A DNA stretch of 64,000 bases from NCBI GenBank assembly GCA_965201075.1, contig CBDAVP010000016.1, forward strand, positions 1 to 64,000, written 5' to 3'. The notes beneath the pieces are model-generated. The model was not told the origin of the DNA and did no database searches. It was given only the letters and a program-made list of their open reading frames with translations. This document shows, piece by piece, positions 17,175-26,040 of the stretch (position 1 is the stretch's first letter; each line of letters starts with the position of its first letter). Source of the stretch: Isosphaeraceae bacterium. GTDB lineage: Bacteria > Planctomycetota > Planctomycetia > Isosphaerales > Isosphaeraceae. The translations under genes and the position numbers were made by a program.

Positions 17175-19423
17175 TGCCCCGCGCTTCGAAGGCTTCGCGC
17201 CGGTCCGTAACGGAAAAGGCCGAGACGGATGGGCTCAATGCCTATCTATCGGCGTGCCGCGACGTGAACCCGTTTTTGAATAATCGGGTCAACGAGCCGT
17301 CGGCGCTGGACGTGGACGTTCCGTCGATCCACGGGGCGGCGTTCGACCGGCTGGTTTTGCTGGCCCGGCAGGCGAATACCGGGGGAATGGGCGTTGGGGC
17401 GATGCTGCTGGGCGGGGCCGGGGTGGGGAAGAGCCACCTGCTTTCGCGGCTTTATCGCTGGGCCGTGACCCCCGCCAGGGATGGGGATGGGGTGTCGAAT
17501 GCGTGTTATGTGTACGTTCACAACCTGCTGGCCGACCCCGATCGATTGCCGCGTTACCTCCTGAAGTATGTGGTGAGCCGGTTGACGGAAGGAGGTCAGC
17601 GGCCGTTCCATGAGACGCCGCTATTCCGGCTGGTGGATCGGGCGTTGCGGTCGGCGTCGGTAGCGAGCGGGGTGGGGACCTGGCCGGCGAAGATTTCGCT
17701 GGAGGCGTATCGGGCGTCGCTCGATGACACGCCCGGGACGCGGGTGGTTCACGACCTGCTGTATCAGTTTTATCGCCATGCCCGGCCGGATCGGGCGGAT
17801 GAGCCGGCTCGGCGTTACCTGGCATCGGCGGCGGTGGCGTGGCTGTCGGGGGATGAGGTCGACCCGGAGGCGGCGAAGACCCTGAGGCTGCCGATGGTGG
17901 CCGATTCTCCGGCGATGCTGGCCGACAACATGGCGGTGGAGCATGTGTTGCTGACCCTGGCGCAGTTGGCCCGGGTGAGCGGCCAACCGTTGGTACTGTG
18001 CGTCGACCAGTTCGAGAATGTCGAGCGCGATCATGTTCTACCGCTTTGCCAGTTCCTTCACGCGTTGCTGGATCATGCGAAGAACCTGTTGGTGATCGTT
18101 TCGGGGGTGAAACAAACCTTGCTCGGGTTTCGTGAAGAGGCCGTCATTTCCGAGGCGTCGTGGGACCGGCTGGCTCAGTTCAAGGTTGAGGTGAAGCGGG
18201 TTCGCGCGGAGGATGCCCGGCATATCCTGGAGGCACGACTGGAGCGGTTTCATGAGCCGTTCATGGGTGTCAACCTGGTTCGCGAGCGGGTGATGGAGGA
18301 TACGTTGTTTCCCCTGGGTCGTTCGTGGTTCGAGAAGAAGGTGGGGGATGGGATCGATTTCCGGCCTCGCGACATCCTGACGTGGGCTCGCGATGCCTGG
18401 ATGGATCATCAGATGTCGCTGGCTGGCGGCTTTCCGGCATGGGCTGGCGGGGTGGAGGTCGAGTCGGTTGCGAAACTGAGCACTCCCGTGAAGCCGCTGA
18501 CGAACGAAGAGGTTGAAGGGCTGATCGACTCGGCGGTGGAGAAGAAAATTGAGGAGCAGTTGTCCCAGCATCGGTTGACTCCGGGGAGCCTTCCGGCGGA
18601 TGCCGGGAACCTGGCGGGGTTGCTGGAGTCGTTGCTGGGGCAGTGCCGTGGGGAGGGATTGGGTTATACGTTCCGGGGGTTGACGCGGCTGGGGAAGGTG
18701 AAAGGACGGTTGCCCGCGTTTGACCTGGAGGTGAAGGAACGTCGGGAGCCGGATGGGCGGGAGATCACGACCGGGGTGACTTGCATCACCAATGCCGGAA
18801 TCTCGGCGTCGTCGGCCTTGAAGCGGTTGCTGGAAGAACCCAGAGTCGACCATCGGCTGCTGGTGACCGACCAGGAACGGAAGCCCTTGACGGTGGGCCC
18901 GGCGGGGTTGGAGTATTACAAGGACTTGCAGAAGTTGGGGAGTGATCGGTTTCAGCATTTGAAACTGACAACCGAGCAGTATGGGATGCTGGATGCGCTG
19001 GATGGGGTGGTGCGGATGGCGAGGTCCGGTGACCTGGAGATTGAATTGCCCGGGAGTGTCATCCGGGCGGTGGGAGTCGAGGAGGTCGTGGCGTCTCATC
19101 ATCGGCGGGATCGGTATCGGGCCCATCCGTTGCTGCATCCGCTGTTGACCGAGGACGGACCGATCGACGACGTCAAACCACCACCGCTTCCGTGCCCTCC
19201 GGATGCGGATCTTCGGCAGTACATCCTGGCACAACTGGCGTGGCAGATGGGTTCGACGGCGAAGGCCATTGCCGCGAGTTATGCGAAGGGGATGGCCCCG
19301 CCGCGGCTGGAGGTTGAGCGGGCCTGGGAGTGTGTGAAGACGGTTGCCACGTCGATGCATGGGGAGGGTTTGATTCATGCCAATCCCTGGGACGCGGACC
19401 TTTACCTGATCCTCCAGAAGTAG
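17174..19423 (+). CDS. P-loop/AAA-like ATP-binding protein, 749 aa
   Basis: Walker A GGAGVGKS, Walker B LVLCVDQFE, FRPRDIL sensor-like motif and a long C-terminal extension. Confidence 0.85.
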   Translation: MPRASKASRRSVTEKAETDGLNAYLSACRDVNPFLNNRVNEPSALDVDVPSIHGAAFDRLVLLARQANTGGMGVGAMLLGGAGVGKSHLLSRLYRWAVTPARDGDGVSNACYVYVHNLLADPDRLPRYLLKYVVSRLTEGGQRPFHETPLFRLVDRALRSASVASGVGTWPAKISLEAYRASLDDTPGTRVVHDLLYQFYRHARPDRADEPARRYLASAAVAWLSGDEVDPEAAKTLRLPMVADSPAMLADNMAVEHVLLTLAQLARVSGQPLVLCVDQFENVERDHVLPLCQFLHALLDHAKNLLVIVSGVKQTLLGFREEAVISEASWDRLAQFKVEVKRVRAEDARHILEARLERFHEPFMGVNLVRERVMEDTLFPLGRSWFEKKVGDGIDFRPRDILTWARDAWMDHQMSLAGGFPAWAGGVEVESVAKLSTPVKPLTNEEVEGLIDSAVEKKIEEQLSQHRLTPGSLPADAGNLAGLLESLLGQCRGEGLGYTFRGLTRLGKVKGRLPAFDLEVKERREPDGREITTGVTCITNAGISASSALKRLLEEPRVDHRLLVTDQERKPLTVGPAGLEYYKDLQKLGSDRFQHLKLTTEQYGMLDALDGVVRMARSGDLEIELPGSVIRAVGVEEVVASHHRRDRYRAHPLLHPLLTEDGPIDDVKPPPLPCPPDADLRQYILAQLAWQMGSTAKAIAASYAKGMAPPRLEVERAWECVKTVATSMHGEGLIHANPWDADLYLILQK

Positions 19424-19433
19424 GCGGGCGGCG

Positions 19434-21848
19434 ATGGCGGTCCCGAGCTTCACGGTGTCTCAGGTGAGGGTGGCGGCGACCTGCCCCCGGATTGCTTACT
19501 TCGATGCCGAGGCATCGCGGCGGGCGCCGGAGCAGCCTCGGCGCGTGACCCGGCTTTGGAAGGCGGGGGATTCGGAGACGGCTTGCGGGACGTTGTTTCA
19601 CTCGGCGATCGACCGGTTCAATCGACGGGCGTTTCATTCGCGGGAGGTTCGCGAGGCGCTGGATGCCGGGCCGGACGCTCGGGCGGTGGAGCGGGGGCTT
19701 CGGACGTTCTTGAATCGGGAGTGCGTGAACCTGGCGAGCGTGGCGAAGAAGCCACCCGGACAGCAGGCGGGGTTTGTTCACGCGGTCGAGATTTATATGA
19801 GGGAACTGGCCGATATCGTGGGGGATGCCCTGAAGCGGGGGCGACCGGCCGGGGAAATTTTGGGGGATTTGTTTGGCGATCGGCGCCGGCAGGTCAACGC
19901 GACGTTTCCGGTGGGGCCCGGGGGCGAACCGGTGCATGTGGTGGGAATTTTGGATTATGTGTTTTATGACTGGCGGTCGGCGAATCACCGGATTCTGGAT
20001 TACAAGCTCACTCCCGCTCATGCGCCGAACAATGATTTGTTTCAGGTGGGACTTTATGCGCTGATGCACAACCTCCACCACGGGACGAAGCCGGATGTGG
20101 GGGTGTTGTATCTGCATCCGGAACGGTGGATGGCGACTTTGACGTGGACGCAGGTGGAGGAGAAGAAGGCTCAACAGTTTAATTTGCTGGCGTCGATGGC
20201 GGAGTGGGTTCGGTATGACGAGCGGTCGGGGGTGGGGTTGAAGCCTCCGGGGGTGGTTTCTCAGTGCGCCCATTGTCCCTGGAACAAGAAGGATCAGTGT
20301 GTTCTCCGGTTGGGTCCCAAGGAGGAGGGCTCCCGCTTGACGCACTGGACTCAGGCAACGGTGACGGGGTTGACTCCGGCGGTTCGCGACTCGGTTCCGG
20401 CGGTGGTGGTTGGGCCTTCGCGGTCGTGGGCGGAACAGGTTGAGGAGGACTCGGAGGAGGAGTGGGTTGATGGGGAGGCGGTGGTTGATCCGGTTCCGCC
20501 CGCGGGTGGGTCCGCGGTGACCGTGGAGGACGCGGCGGGAGGTTCTCCGCCGTTACTTGTCGCAGGCGAGGTTGGGTTGCGGGTGGGGGCGACTGCGGGT
20601 GGAGAGTTGGTGGTTTTGCCGGTCTCGGTGCTGCCGACTCATGTGGCGGTGGTGGGGGCGGCCGGGGGTGGCAAGACGTGGATGGCCAAGGTCATCGCCG
20701 AGGAGGCCGTGGCGGCGGGGGTTCCGGTTCTGGCGATAGATCCTCAGGGGGATCTGGTGCAATTTCTGCGGGAGTCGGAGACGCCGGGGGGGGATGCGGA
20801 GGCAAGGCGAGCGTTTCGGGAGCGGGCGGAGATTCGCGTCTGGACGCCGGGGACCTCTCATGCTCGGCGGCTGGGGCTGGACCCGGTGCGGTTGGCCGGC
20901 CGGGGAGAGTTGGCGGGGATTGTGGACCCGGCGCGTCGTGAGGAGGAATGGGAGGGGATGCTGGCGGTGGCGGCCGGGCAGTTGGTCGCGGCGGCGAAGG
21001 TGGGGGGTGAGGAGGATTCTCAGCGGACGTTTTTGTTGCAAGTGCTGCGGTCGCTGGCCGGCGATGGGAAAGGGGGCGCCGTGGGACTGGCGAAGGTTGT
21101 CCAGGCGACGTTGAGTCCGGCGGAGGTCGGGATTGATGATCCCAATCAGTATGTCAAGAAAACGGAGCGCGAGAAGCTGGCGAGGAAGCTGAATAACCTT
21201 TTGGTGGGAGCTGGGAAGGGGTTGTACAGCGGGGGGACGCCGCTGGACCTGGATGCGATGTGCCAGGCCGAGGAGGCGGGGAGGACGCCGTTGAACGTGG
21301 TTTACCTGAACGCGATGGCCGGCGATGACGCCAAGCAGGCGTTCGTGGGGGCTCTGGCGGCCGAGATCTATCGGTGGATGGTGACGTCGCTGAATGCTCA
21401 GGCGGGTCGGGCGAACTTGCTGGTTTATCTGGATGAGGCTCGGGACTTCATACCGGCGGGGACAGCCCAGCCTCCGGCCAAGGGGCCGATGATCCGGTTG
21501 TTTACCCAGGGGCGGAAGTATGGGGTGTCGTGCCTCTTTTGCACGCAGAGCCCGCGGTCGGTCGATTACAACGTGTTTGGCAACTGCAGCACGAAGTTGA
21601 TTGGGCGGTTGGAAAGCGCTCAGGATGTGGAGCGGGTGAGCGAGTGGTTTTCGGTGGGGGGTGGGTCGTCGCCGGGATGGGTGGCGGGTCGGAAGGGGGC
21701 CGAAGCGGGGAGCTTCGTGGGTCGTTGGCCGGGGATGGCGGCGGGGCTGGATGGCGTGGCGTTCCGGGGCCGGGCGTTACATTCGTTGCATGAGGGGGCG
21801 TGGTCGCCGGATCGGTTGGAGCGGGAGGTTGGGGGGTCGACGCCGTGA
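19434..21848 (+). CDS. Fusion of an Fe-S PD-(D/E)XK (RecB/Cas4/AddB-like) nuclease and a HerA/DUF87-type ATPase
   Basis: Nuclease motifs: TCPR, GTLFH, GILD, LDYK, QVGLY, CAHCPWNKKDQC. ATPase motifs: HVAVVGAAGGGKT, AIDPQGD, VYLDEARDF, GRKYG, TQSPR. Confidence 0.88.
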   Translation: MAVPSFTVSQVRVAATCPRIAYFDAEASRRAPEQPRRVTRLWKAGDSETACGTLFHSAIDRFNRRAFHSREVREALDAGPDARAVERGLRTFLNRECVNLASVAKKPPGQQAGFVHAVEIYMRELADIVGDALKRGRPAGEILGDLFGDRRRQVNATFPVGPGGEPVHVVGILDYVFYDWRSANHRILDYKLTPAHAPNNDLFQVGLYALMHNLHHGTKPDVGVLYLHPERWMATLTWTQVEEKKAQQFNLLASMAEWVRYDERSGVGLKPPGVVSQCAHCPWNKKDQCVLRLGPKEEGSRLTHWTQATVTGLTPAVRDSVPAVVVGPSRSWAEQVEEDSEEEWVDGEAVVDPVPPAGGSAVTVEDAAGGSPPLLVAGEVGLRVGATAGGELVVLPVSVLPTHVAVVGAAGGGKTWMAKVIAEEAVAAGVPVLAIDPQGDLVQFLRESETPGGDAEARRAFRERAEIRVWTPGTSHARRLGLDPVRLAGRGELAGIVDPARREEEWEGMLAVAAGQLVAAAKVGGEEDSQRTFLLQVLRSLAGDGKGGAVGLAKVVQATLSPAEVGIDDPNQYVKKTEREKLARKLNNLLVGAGKGLYSGGTPLDLDAMCQAEEAGRTPLNVVYLNAMAGDDAKQAFVGALAAEIYRWMVTSLNAQAGRANLLVYLDEARDFIPAGTAQPPAKGPMIRLFTQGRKYGVSCLFCTQSPRSVDYNVFGNCSTKLIGRLESAQDVERVSEWFSVGGGSSPGWVAGRKGAEAGSFVGRWPGMAAGLDGVAFRGRALHSLHEGAWSPDRLEREVGGSTP

Positions 21849-21916
21849 GGTCCCGGCCGTCTGGTGCTTGTGAGGGGAGCCCCGGCCGATCGGATACGGC
21901 CGGGGCCTGAGATTGT

Positions 21917-23284
21917 TCAGACCTGTGGCAGCTCGTAGCCGGGCCGGTAGAGGCGGGTCAGGAGGGCGTTGGCTTCCTTGTCGTCGCCGAAGTTCTCGGC
22001 GGTGGTGTCCCAGGTGAGTTTGCGGCCGAGTTTGTAGGCGATGTTGCCCAGGTGGGTGGTGATGGTGGAGCGGTGGCCGATTTCGATGTCGGCAACGGGC
22101 TTTTGGCGGCTCCGGAGGCATTCGAGGAAGTTGGCCGCGTGCTGGGCCATGCCGTCGTCCTTGGCCTTGAAGGTGTCGGGCTTGAGGTCGATCGTGCGGG
22201 TTTCTTGCTTGCCCTTGGCCAGGCGGATGCCGTAGGGCTCGGCGATGGTGTCGGGGATGATTTCGTAGCCGGCACGGTCGATCAGCAGACTGCCGTTGGT
22301 TCCGCAGAAGAGGATGCCGTAGCCGTGCTGGTTGAACGGCAGACTGTTGCCCTTGCGCATGGAGTAGGTGAGGACGCAGCCGGGGAAGTCGTAGACGACC
22401 TGGAGGGTGTCGGGGGTGTCGCGGTCGTCGTCGGTGGTGAGGACGCCTCCGCTGGCGGCGACGGATTTGGGCCCGGGGGCGTCGAGGGCCCACAGGACGA
22501 TGTCGTTGAGGTGGACGCCCCAGTCGCTCATCATGCCGCCGGCGTAGTCGAAGAACCAGCGGAACAGGAAGTGGAAGCGGTTGACCGTGAAGGGACGCTT
22601 CGGCGCGGCGCCCAGCCAGCGGTCGTAGTCGACGTGCGAGGGGGCGTCGGATTCGGGGTCGGGGCCCATGCCCAGGGGGCTGATGTTCTCGAAGTTCCAG
22701 GTCTGGACCCAGAAGACCTTGCCGAGCTTGCCGGACTTGACGATGTCGACGGCCTGCTGGAAGTTGGCGGCGGAGCGCTGCTGGGTGCCGACGGCCATGA
22801 CCTTGTCGTACTTGCGGGCGGCCTTGAGCATGGCCTGCCCTTCGGCGATGTTGTGGGCGACGGGCTTTTCGACGTAGACGTCCTTGCCCGCCTGGCAGGC
22901 GAGGATGGCCGGGGCGGCGTGCCAGTGGTCGGGGGTGGCGATGACGACGGCGTCGATGTCCTTGCGGTCGAGAAGCTCTCGGTAGTCGCGGCCGGTCCAG
23001 GGGCGGGTTTTGCGGGCGTCCTCGACCTTGGCGGCGGCCTCCTCGGCGTGGCGGTCGTCGACGTCGGCGACGGCGAGGAAGTCGACCTCGGGCATGGCGA
23101 GGAAGGAGCCCATCAGATCCTTGCCGCGACCGCCGGCGCCGATGATCCCCAGGCGGATGCGGTCGTTGGCGCCGACGGCGGCGGCCCTGGTCGGTCGGGT
23201 CGCCGCGCCGATGAGGGCCGTGGCTCCCGCCGTGGCTCCCACGGCCCCGACAAATCCTCGACGTGTGATTCCTTGGTCCGCCAT
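21917..23284 (-). CDS. Gfo/Idh/MocA oxidoreductase with a Tat signal
   Basis: TRRGFV twin-arginine motif, IIGAGGRG, IATPDHWH, DVYVEKP, DWGVH. Confidence 0.93.
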   Translation of the reverse strand: MADQGITRRGFVGAVGATAGATALIGAATRPTRAAAVGANDRIRLGIIGAGGRGKDLMGSFLAMPEVDFLAVADVDDRHAEEAAAKVEDARKTRPWTGRDYRELLDRKDIDAVVIATPDHWHAAPAILACQAGKDVYVEKPVAHNIAEGQAMLKAARKYDKVMAVGTQQRSAANFQQAVDIVKSGKLGKVFWVQTWNFENISPLGMGPDPESDAPSHVDYDRWLGAAPKRPFTVNRFHFLFRWFFDYAGGMMSDWGVHLNDIVLWALDAPGPKSVAASGGVLTTDDDRDTPDTLQVVYDFPGCVLTYSMRKGNSLPFNQHGYGILFCGTNGSLLIDRAGYEIIPDTIAEPYGIRLAKGKQETRTIDLKPDTFKAKDDGMAQHAANFLECLRSRQKPVADIEIGHRSTITTHLGNIAYKLGRKLTWDTTAENFGDDKEANALLTRLYRPGYELPQV

Positions 23285-23430
23285 CGTGTGCGCCTCCCCG
23301 GGGAATGGCCATCCTCGGCCGGCGTCTCGCGTGCGACGGCCGGAGTTGATGGTAGCGAGGCCCGGGGGGCGAACCAAGGAGGGACCGGCCCTGGCTCATT
23401 GATGGCGAGGGCGTGAGGAGGCCCGGGTGG

Positions 23431-23883
23431 TCAGGGGCCGATCTCTTCCCGGGGACGGGCGTCGACGAAAAGTCCCAGGTGTCCGAGGTTGGTCGTGGCG
23501 ACCGTCACGGTATCCTCGGGCCTGGCACTGAGGATGGCTTGAGCGGCAAGGATGCAGTCGGCGTCGAGGGCCTCGGCGGGGGCGGTCGTGCGGCCCCTGT
23601 TGCGGGCCGAGGCCCAAAGGTTGGCGGCGTGATTCATGACCTCTTCGGGAAGTAGAACAAAGGTCATCTGATCCTTGAGTTGGTCTAGCCGGGCGAGTCC
23701 GGCCGTCTTTCTGGCGCGGAGCAACTCGCGGCGGACTTCGTAGTCGACGATCTGAGGGATACAGATCGAGACACCACCCTTAGTGAGGTCGTAAGCCCAT
23801 TGCCGGATCGGGAGCGTCGTAGGGGTTTGCTTCGGGTTGGCCAAGAGGGAGAGCGGGCCAGAGTCGAGGAAGACAATTCGCAT
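23431..23883 (-). CDS. PIN-domain (VapC-like) toxin
   Basis: VFLDSGPL, IVDYEVRRELLR, LDADCILAAQA and ATTNLGHL motifs. Confidence 0.88.
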   Translation of the reverse strand: MRIVFLDSGPLSLLANPKQTPTTLPIRQWAYDLTKGGVSICIPQIVDYEVRRELLRARKTAGLARLDQLKDQMTFVLLPEEVMNHAANLWASARNRGRTTAPAEALDADCILAAQAILSARPEDTVTVATTNLGHLGLFVDARPREEIGP

Positions 23884-24026
23884 CAAGGAAACCGATCCCC
23901 TTCCGGGCGGCGATCGGCGTTGAGGGCTTCCATCAGAAAGGCCAGGGTTTCCGCCTGCTCCTGCGCATCACCCATGTCGTCCAGGGCTTCAAGGCCGCGG
24001 GCTAATTCGGCCGCATGGGCACGCAC
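23883..24026 (-). CDS. Putative cognate antitoxin (start uncertain; absent from the ORF track)
   Basis: Manual translation gives VRAHAAELARGLEALDDMGDAQEQAETLAFLMEALNADRRPEGDRFP*. Its stop overlaps the toxin ATG (TGATG). Confidence 0.65.
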   Translation of the reverse strand: MRAHAAELARGLEALDDMGDAQEQAETLAFLMEALNADRRPEGDRFP

Positions 24027-24500
24027 TTCCTCCGCTGTCCTCGGGACCGGTCCGCCACGGGGCCCAATCAGGAGAGGCTGAGCGGCTCTTGGGGAAGTCT
24101 GGCCAGGTCGATGCTCGAGGTGGGGTGAATCGACGGGATTTCCGTTCCGCAGTGTCTCGATCGTGAGCCTACTGAGGACTTCCTTGGATGGGGTCCGTTG
24201 GATTGGGTTGGAGCGGATAATCCTTGGTTGAGTCCAGGAGATATTTGATCGTGACGCCCATCGCCTCGGCGATCTTTTTCAGCACCGGCCTGGTGGGCGA
24301 CTTGTCGGGGGGCAAATGCAGGTTTCGGCTGAAACTCTGTTCGTTCATGCCAAGGCTTCGGCAGCCCGTTTTTGGGCATCGAAGTTAAGATTGGCCCATT
24401 GACGTATTTTGGTTTGAGCGTTCATGTCGGTGGGTTGGTAGTATCTATCCGGCTGCGATCCTATGGCGAGATGCCATCGTGGCATAGCGCCGTCGATTGG

Positions 24501-25784
24501 TCAGTCCAGGAGTTCGGCCAGGGAGCGCCGGGAGTGGGCGGCTCGGTGGCCTCCAGGGAGAACCTGGGAGTTGGCGGTTCTCCAGGCGTTGGGGTCTTTC
24601 AGGGGGGGGCGGGTTTGGAGGCCGGCTCGGGTGTAGCGGGCGAAGGCCAGGTCGAAGTCGCCTCGGAGGCCGGGGCGTTCGTAGTTAGTGGGGTAGACGA
24701 GGAATGCCAGGGCCAGGCCGACGGCCAGCAGGGCGAGACGGGTGGGGGCCTGGTCGGTTTGGGCGGTTTCGGTCGACGGGCGGCGGCCGATTCCCAGAGC
24801 AGTGAGGGCCAGCAGCGCGGGGATGTAGTGGAAGGCGTAGCCGGGGACGCCGAAGTGGATCAACAGGTGCATGCCGAGGGCGGGCGCGGCGGCCAGGGCC
24901 ATCAGGGCGGCCAGGGCGGGGCCGTTGGGGCGGTGGGTCAGGCGTTGCAGACCTCGGGGGAGGAACAGTAGGCCGGGGCCGAGGGTCAAGACCAGCGCGG
25001 CGGTGGCCTTGGCGGCGTAGCGGAGGGTGGCGTCGATGGGGCCGAGGTTCCAGATCGAGTTGAGGTAGCCGGCCTTGTGGGCGAACTCGGCGCTGGCCTG
25101 TCGGTATTGGTGCCAGCCTCCGGCGTCGATCAGCATCGGGACGAACCAGGCGAGGCTGATCCAGGTGAAGGTCAGGACGGCGGCCGTGGAGGCGACCCAG
25201 CGGTGGGTCCAGAGGATTACGGCGAGGACCGGGAGCCAGAAGGTGCCGATGTCTTGCCGGTAGCCGGCGCCCAGGGCCAGGGCGATGGCGGCGGCGTAGG
25301 GGTGCCAGGATCTGGGTTGGGTCCACCCTCGGTAGGCGATGCCGAGCAGGAACGACCCGACAGCGATGATCGCGGTGTAGTTGCCGGCCATCGCTCCGTA
25401 GGACCAGAACAGGGGCGAGGCGGCCAGGACCAGCGTGGCGGCGGCGGCCGTGGCGGTGGGGACGAGGGCTCGGAGCCACCACCAGGCGGCGACCAGAGCC
25501 AGGGCGCTGGTGAGCATGTCGAGGGCGAGGAAGCCTCGGTAGGGATCGCCCAGCAGCGTGCCCAGGCCGTGGGCGGCGGCCAGGAAAAGGGTGTGGTGCA
25601 TGGGGAACCACCCCCTGGCGACCATGATAAGGTAGCCGACCTCGTCAAAGTCGAAGGCCGAGGGGCGGGCGACCGGGATTCGGGTCAGCAGGACCGCGGC
25701 CAGGGCGAGGCTGGAGGCCGTGGCGATCTGGCGGGCGTTGGGGTCGGACGGTGGTTGGGGGCCGGGCGTGCCGGGGGCGTGCAT
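24501..25784 (-). CDS. Multi-TM GT-C-fold glycosyltransferase-like protein (PMT/ArnT-like)
   Basis: DFDEVGY acidic motif after TM1, ASPLFWSYG, ALGAGYRQD and many TM helices. Confidence 0.7.
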   Translation of the reverse strand: MHAPGTPGPQPPSDPNARQIATASSLALAAVLLTRIPVARPSAFDFDEVGYLIMVARGWFPMHHTLFLAAAHGLGTLLGDPYRGFLALDMLTSALALVAAWWWLRALVPTATAAAATLVLAASPLFWSYGAMAGNYTAIIAVGSFLLGIAYRGWTQPRSWHPYAAAIALALGAGYRQDIGTFWLPVLAVILWTHRWVASTAAVLTFTWISLAWFVPMLIDAGGWHQYRQASAEFAHKAGYLNSIWNLGPIDATLRYAAKATAALVLTLGPGLLFLPRGLQRLTHRPNGPALAALMALAAAPALGMHLLIHFGVPGYAFHYIPALLALTALGIGRRPSTETAQTDQAPTRLALLAVGLALAFLVYPTNYERPGLRGDFDLAFARYTRAGLQTRPPLKDPNAWRTANSQVLPGGHRAAHSRRSLAELLD

Positions 25785-26040
25785 TGGGGGTGGGGCTCCT
25801 TCCCTGGTGCCGATCGGGCCGCTGGGGCCGGCCGGGCCGCGGTCTCCTCGCGGCGCACCCTTCTTATACGAGATCGGGACCGCGTTGGCGACCGGAATGA
25901 AACCGTTGGGGCGTCGTCGATGGAACCGATTCGTGTCGGCCTTGAGGGGGGTCGCGAGGATCGGCTATGATTCCCGCTCCCTCCGGGGTGGAAACGCTGC
26001 CGGTTGCTCACGACGAGTCCGCCCCGAGACCGATTCAGGC

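Noticed and set aside
19434..20330. Cas4-like nuclease as evidence of a CRISPR-Cas locus
   Set aside because: No repeat-spacer array or cas1/cas2 genes are present, and the domain is fused to a HerA-like ATPase.
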